Part shown: piece after piece, positions 9,226 to 14,032 of the stretch
Layout of the letters: each line of letters opens with the position of its first letter
How positions within the stretch are numbered: position 1 is the first letter of the stretch
From: Abditibacteriaceae bacterium
GTDB lineage: Bacteria; Armatimonadota; Abditibacteriia; Abditibacteriales; Abditibacteriaceae
Direction: 5' to 3'
Assembly: GCA_031372065.1 (NCBI GenBank)
Contig: JANMKN010000394.1
Coordinates: 1-14,032, forward strand
DNA: 14,032 nucleotides
The notes under the pieces: model-generated
The model's database searches: none
Told to the model about the DNA's origin: nothing
Seen by the model: the letters and a program-made list of their open reading frames with translations, nothing else
Position numbers and translations under genes: made by a program

Positions 9226-11046
9226 CTATAAAATCACGCCGCGCACTTCGCGGTATTGGATGCCGAGGCTTTCGCATTTTTCGACGACATCGCGCACGGC
9301 GCCGTTGCCAACTGAGGGCATGGCAATGATAACTTCTTCGATTTTGAACTGCTCCATTAAAGGAATGAGCTGCGCGCGCGAACCCAGCACGCGCACGCCG
9401 TGAATCGAAGCGCGGTGCTTGCGCGGGTCGTCGTCCACAAAACCAATCGGCAGCAATTGCAAGGCTTTGTTGTTGAGCATTTCGCGCACAGCGAGTTCGC
9501 CCGCATCGCCCGCGCCGACAATTAAAACGCGTCGCGCGCGGTCGTTACACAGCGCGAAGTGATAACGCAAGGCTTTAAGGCCCAAACGCATTCCACCGGC
9601 GGCGACAAGCAGCAAAGTGGAAAACATAAACGGCATCGAACGTGAAAACTCCGTGACGGGATGAAAAATTTCTATCAGCAGCCACCACGCCACAGTGCCG
9701 AAAAACACGCCACGCGCTAAGGCGCCCAAATCGCTGACCGTCGCGTAGCGCCACAGGCCGCGATATAGTCCGCAAACCGCAAAAGCCACCATCTGGCAAG
9801 CGGCCACATAAGGAAAAGTCAAGGCCAAAACTCGCCCCTGTTCGATTGTCAATTGGCCATCGAACTTGAGCAAAAACGCGCCCGCATAACAAGCGCAAAT
9901 CAAACCAAAATCAAGCAGCGCTTCCACGAAGCGGCGCTTATGCAGAATCGCGCGCGACAGCACGGTTTTATTACCCTTCGCCCGTGCTTTGAGGCGCGCA
10001 CGCTCATATTCTTCGTCCGAATAGGTTTGCACTTCGGCCAAAAACTGTCCGAATACTAAAAGCCCGGCAAAAGAAAGCAATGTGAGAATGGAAGTCAGCC
10101 ACAAATCGCGGCGTTGAATGCCCCACAAGGCGATAAAGCCAAACCAAAATGTGATGCCGTAAAGATACAAAACCGCGCGTCGTTCGGTGAAACCCAGCAA
10201 AACCAAGCGATGCGAAGTATGATCGCGCCCGCCCTGCGAAATCGGGCGACCATGCAGGACGCGATTGACCGAAACAAAAACTGTATCGAAAAGTGGCGTT
10301 GCCAAAACCAGCGTCGGCAATATCAGCGCGGTGGCAAGGTTGCCCGACAAAAGGCCGCTACTACCCATTAAACTCAGGCAAGCTAACGTATAACCCAAAA
10401 ACATCGAGCCGCCATCGCCCATGAAAATTTTAGCCGGGTTGAAATTGTAAACCAGAAAACCGCCCGCCGCCCCTGTAATAACAAGCGCCGCTATCGCCAC
10501 GCCCGTATCGCCCACCATCGCCGCGTTGGTCGCCATCATCAGCGCGACAATTGTCGCCACGCCCGCCGACAAGCCGTCCATGTTATCCAGCAAATTGAAA
10601 GCGTTGGTGATGCCGACAATCCACAAAATCGCAAACGGCACCAGCCACGGCAATTCGGGCCGGTTGCTTTGATAAAATATGGCGGTAAACAAGCACGCCG
10701 CCACCAATTGAATCACAAATTTGGCCGAAGGCTTCAACGGATGACGGTCATCGTAAACGCCCGCCACAAAAATGATAAGCGCGCCGCACGACACGCCAAA
10801 AAACTGCGAGTTGGAATTTAAAAAGAAAAGTGAGGACAATGCTGCCGCCGCAAAAATCGCCACGCCACCAAATAAGGCAGTCGGTTTGCTGTGCCAGCGG
10901 TCAGCCGAAGGTTTGGCAACCAAACCTTTGTGCCGGGCAAATTTAATAACTATCGGGGTGAAAACGAGGGAGGCAACAAAGGCACATAACAAAGCGCCCA
11001 AAGCCTCATAAACGTGAGAAGCCAACCACTGCTCGACAGATTCCAT
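9226..11046 (-). CDS. WecA/TagO-like (MraY superfamily) undecaprenyl-phosphate HexNAc-1-phosphate transferase fused to a C-terminal membrane plus Rossmann-like module
   Basis: 606 aa. N-terminal part has PTALFGGVAI, GVYDD, NAFNLLDNMDGL, YNFNPAKIFMGDGGS and DHTSHRL. C-terminal part has GLYRGLWRY, RVLIVGAGDAG, IGFVDDD, GVRVLG and EVIIAMPS. Confidence 0.9.
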   Translation of the reverse strand: MESVEQWLASHVYEALGALLCAFVASLVFTPIVIKFARHKGLVAKPSADRWHSKPTALFGGVAIFAAAALSSLFFLNSNSQFFGVSCGALIIFVAGVYDDRHPLKPSAKFVIQLVAACLFTAIFYQSNRPELPWLVPFAILWIVGITNAFNLLDNMDGLSAGVATIVALMMATNAAMVGDTGVAIAALVITGAAGGFLVYNFNPAKIFMGDGGSMFLGYTLACLSLMGSSGLLSGNLATALILPTLVLATPLFDTVFVSVNRVLHGRPISQGGRDHTSHRLVLLGFTERRAVLYLYGITFWFGFIALWGIQRRDLWLTSILTLLSFAGLLVFGQFLAEVQTYSDEEYERARLKARAKGNKTVLSRAILHKRRFVEALLDFGLICACYAGAFLLKFDGQLTIEQGRVLALTFPYVAACQMVAFAVCGLYRGLWRYATVSDLGALARGVFFGTVAWWLLIEIFHPVTEFSRSMPFMFSTLLLVAAGGMRLGLKALRYHFALCNDRARRVLIVGAGDAGELAVREMLNNKALQLLPIGFVDDDPRKHRASIHGVRVLGSRAQLIPLMEQFKIEEVIIAMPSVGNGAVRDVVEKCESLGIQYREVRGVIL

Positions 11047-11217
11047 AAAGCGTCCGCATTAAACCTGCTTTCAAAGACAATTCCATCTCTCACGACAGTC
11101 TGCGTAGCCGATGTCCGCAGGTTTCACCGGTTTTTACCAACAAATTCAGTTGAATTGCCCCTATGGTTTAGCACAAAGGCCACTTAACACAAAAGAAGGG
11201 AACTCGCTTCTGACAAC

Positions 11218-12414
11218 TCAAAACCGTTTTGCCTTAGCGCTTTTATCGTGCCAGAGTTCTAAATACAACTGTTCCAGATCATCGCAAAGCCGCACAATGT
11301 CAAGCGCTGGATACACTTTTTCGCGTCCGGCGCGGCCCCAATTAGCGGTCTCAGCGACATTATCCAACGCATAACTAATGCCTTCCGCTAAGGCGTTTAC
11401 ATCTTGCGTCGGGCATAACCAACCGGTTTTTTGATGCGAAATTAAATCGCCCACGCCCCCTACTTCCGTTGCCACCACGGGCCGCGCCGAAGCGAGCGAT
11501 TCGATAACTGCAACGGGCAAACCTTCGTTCAGCGAACATAGCACGCTGACATCAAAATCGGCATACAAACGCGGTAAATCGGAGCGAAAACCCAAAAAAC
11601 GCACGTTTTGAGTGAGATGCAAAGTTTGCGCTTGTTGTTCCAAAGCGCCGCGCAATTCACCATCGCCGACAATAAGAAAAACCGCGTTCGGATGCGTTTT
11701 TAATACCTGAGAAGCCGCTTCGAGCAGCAAATGAATGGCTTTTATCGGCACAAGACGCGCCACGATGCCGATAAGCGGCGTGTTTTCCGCAATTTGCAAT
11801 TCGCGGCGCAGTTGCCCGCGCAACTTTTCCGCCTCCAAAAACGGCGTTAAATCGAGGCCCAGTGGAATCACGCGATACTGCGCGGCGCTGCCGATGCCCA
11901 AGCCTAAAATTTCCGCGCGCTGCTGCTCGCTGAGGACAATAATCGCATCTGTCGAGCGCGCCAAATTCTTTTCGATGGAGATAAAAAGATTGGTTTTGTG
12001 CGGCGAAAAATAGCCTGTAAAAACGTTGCCATGAAACGTGTGAACCACAACCGGCACGCGCGCCAAACGCGCCGCGAGGCGCCCGACAAAGCCCGCTTTG
12101 GCGGTGTGTGTGTGAACGATATCGGGTTTTTCGCGGCGCATCAGGCGCACAACTTCGCGCAGCGTTTGCAAATCGCTTTTGGGCGAAATTTCGCGGCCCA
12201 AACTGGGAATGATAATCGGTTTCAGTGGCCCGCTCAGGCCACGTTCGCCCATCAGTTCCAGCATATTGCCTTCGCCCTCGCCTTCGACGCCCGTCACAAG
12301 CTGCGACTCAAAACGCGCCGGATTCAATCGCTCGGTGAGCAGCGTGGTATGAATGGCCGGACCACCGATATTCAATCGGGCAATCAGGCGCATGACTTTC
12401 AAACGTTTGGACAT
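11218..12414 (-). CDS. Glycosyltransferase family 4 (GT-B fold)
   Basis: 398 aa with RLNIGGP, PDIVHTHTAKAG, VHTFHG, VARLVPIK, VGDGELR, FLGFRSD, EGLPVAVIE (EX7E motif) and VVATEVGG. Confidence 0.93.
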   Translation of the reverse strand: MSKRLKVMRLIARLNIGGPAIHTTLLTERLNPARFESQLVTGVEGEGEGNMLELMGERGLSGPLKPIIIPSLGREISPKSDLQTLREVVRLMRREKPDIVHTHTAKAGFVGRLAARLARVPVVVHTFHGNVFTGYFSPHKTNLFISIEKNLARSTDAIIVLSEQQRAEILGLGIGSAAQYRVIPLGLDLTPFLEAEKLRGQLRRELQIAENTPLIGIVARLVPIKAIHLLLEAASQVLKTHPNAVFLIVGDGELRGALEQQAQTLHLTQNVRFLGFRSDLPRLYADFDVSVLCSLNEGLPVAVIESLASARPVVATEVGGVGDLISHQKTGWLCPTQDVNALAEGISYALDNVAETANWGRAGREKVYPALDIVRLCDDLEQLYLELWHDKSAKAKRF

Positions 12415-12520
12415 AAATGGAAATTTTTCTCTTACTAACTATAACCACTGGCACCAGCTTCTTTCAGCGGTTTCCAAGAAACAAGCGGCATCTTTCGCCG
12501 GATTTTGAGAGAATTTCATT

Positions 12521-13966
12521 ATGACTTCACGAAAACACTGGACGCAAGCCACACTTGTGGCCTTAATTTCAGCCACTTCCATGAACACTTTGCAGGCTCA
12601 AAACACCTCTTCATTTCCCGCTCCGAAAAACAGGGGCGAGGCGGCGCAGGCGGGACAAAACATTCAGCGTGCGATGTCGCTGCTGGCTTCCAGCACGCCG
12701 CAAAAACGTCGCACCGTCAGAATTCTGTTTTATGGCCAGTCCATTACTGAAGGCGATTGGTGGAAAGCTGTGGATGCCGATTTAAAACAGCGCTTTCCCG
12801 ACGCCGACTTGGTTATCGAAAACCGCGCGCTGGGCGGTTTTTCCTCGCAACTTTTAGTGCATACAGCCGAAGCGGATTTGTATTCGTTTTATCCCGACTT
12901 ACTCATTTTTCATGTTTACGGTTCACATACCGATTACGAAAAAATCATCCAACGCACGCGCGAACGCACCACAGCCGACATACTGATTCAAAACGATCAC
13001 TTGAACCGCGAGAGTAATCCCGACGAAGACACAAACCCGGCACAAGTGAAGAATTTCAGGCCGTGGGATGCCTTTTTCAATTTTGTTTTTCTGCCCGGCA
13101 TCGCGCAAAAATACAGCACCGGTTTGGTAGATCAGCGCGCTTTGTGGAAAAGCTATTTGAAGGAAAACAATCTCACGCCGGGCGATTTGGTCAAGGACAA
13201 CGTGCATCCCAACGCGCACGGCAATTTTCTGATGTCGCAACTGGTCAACGCTTATTTAGTGCCGCGCGTCAATGAGCAGATTGATCCTTACAACAGCGAT
13301 ACGGTGAAAACTTTGGTGGTCGGCAAAGACATTTTTTGGGAGGGCGATAAATTGCGCGTGCCCTTCGCGGGCAACCGCATTGACGCCATTGCCAAAGACG
13401 GCATTGTGGCGCCCGTTACCGCCGCGCCGCTGACAATTGACGGCAAAAAACCCTCGCAGCACGCCGAACTTTACGGTTTCACACGCGCTTTATCCACGCC
13501 CGGCGGCAAATGGCCGGTGATTTTAAAAGTCGGCTCGCAAACCTTGCCCCAATTGGAAGAATGGACGTTAAACGTCACCAAAGACGCGGCCAAAGACGAC
13601 CTTTTTCGTTTTACCCTGAACGGCTCCCAAACCGGCGATGACGGCGCGGGCACCTCGGCAGAGCGATTCGTTTCGCCATCGGGACGCGTGGTTATCGAAT
13701 CCGCCGATTGGAGCGTCAAATACGCCCTTGCCCTGCCCGGCATCAATACAGTGCCCGAAAATTTCACCGTCAAGTGGCAAACCGTTCCGCATTTTTCCGA
13801 TGATTTCGCGCCGCAAGCCAAGGCAAATCCGGCAATTGAAAATGTCGTGACTTTAGCGCAAGGCTTGAAAAACGGCGCGCACGTTTTAGAAATCTCCGGC
13901 GGCCCGCAAACCCCGCTGGCGGCCATCCGCATCTATCGCCCGCCGTTCGGACGAGCCGCCAAATGA
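12521..13966 (+). CDS. Secreted SGNH/GDSL-like hydrolase with a C-terminal beta-rich region
   Basis: 481 aa with a signal-peptide-like N-terminus ending LQA. Block I FYGQSIT, block II ENRALGG, block V DNVHPN (DxxH). GAGAG lies upstream of the ATG. Confidence 0.8.
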   Translation: MTSRKHWTQATLVALISATSMNTLQAQNTSSFPAPKNRGEAAQAGQNIQRAMSLLASSTPQKRRTVRILFYGQSITEGDWWKAVDADLKQRFPDADLVIENRALGGFSSQLLVHTAEADLYSFYPDLLIFHVYGSHTDYEKIIQRTRERTTADILIQNDHLNRESNPDEDTNPAQVKNFRPWDAFFNFVFLPGIAQKYSTGLVDQRALWKSYLKENNLTPGDLVKDNVHPNAHGNFLMSQLVNAYLVPRVNEQIDPYNSDTVKTLVVGKDIFWEGDKLRVPFAGNRIDAIAKDGIVAPVTAAPLTIDGKKPSQHAELYGFTRALSTPGGKWPVILKVGSQTLPQLEEWTLNVTKDAAKDDLFRFTLNGSQTGDDGAGTSAERFVSPSGRVVIESADWSVKYALALPGINTVPENFTVKWQTVPHFSDDFAPQAKANPAIENVVTLAQGLKNGAHVLEISGGPQTPLAAIRIYRPPFGRAAK

Positions 13967-14032
13967 GTCGCGTGGCGCCGCCGACCGTGGCGCGTTTCGA
14001 TGCTCTGTTACGGCGTTGGCTTTGCCGGAGGC
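13963..14032 (+). CDS. Possible start of the next gene (partial, runs off the window)
   Basis: ATGA overlap with the stop of the preceding gene. Frame MSRVAPPTVARFDALLRRWLCRR is open to the window end but too short to identify. Confidence 0.3.
   Translation, partial: MSRVAPPTVARFDALLRRWLCRR

Overview
Bacterial window of moderate GC with ten intact CDSs of recognisable families, in order: GH2 beta-galactosidase, Rid protein, secreted alpha/beta hydrolase, gamma-carbonic-anhydrase-like protein, membrane-anchored carboxypeptidase-regulatory-like-domain protein, PhyH-family dioxygenase, AraC regulator, WecA-like transferase with an extra C-terminal module, GT4 glycosyltransferase and secreted SGNH-like hydrolase. 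I see no rRNA, tRNA, CRISPR array, transposase or integrase, and no convincing new multi-gene system. The notable signals are rearrangement scars and small elements. (1) The 3' end of the PhyH gene is present twice (34 bp, 29/34 identical, mismatches mostly synonymous), bracketing a 1.26-kb, apparently lower-GC single-gene islet. (2) A heptamer array abuts the left copy. (3) A decayed 3' gene remnant lies upstream of araC. (4) The WecA-like protein is fused to a CapD/PglF-type N-terminal module. (5) A BoxC/triplex-type repeat precedes lacZ. (6) A 21-bp-spaced direct repeat upstream of the PhyH gene looks like an AraC operator. All family calls come from motif recognition by eye; no searches were run.
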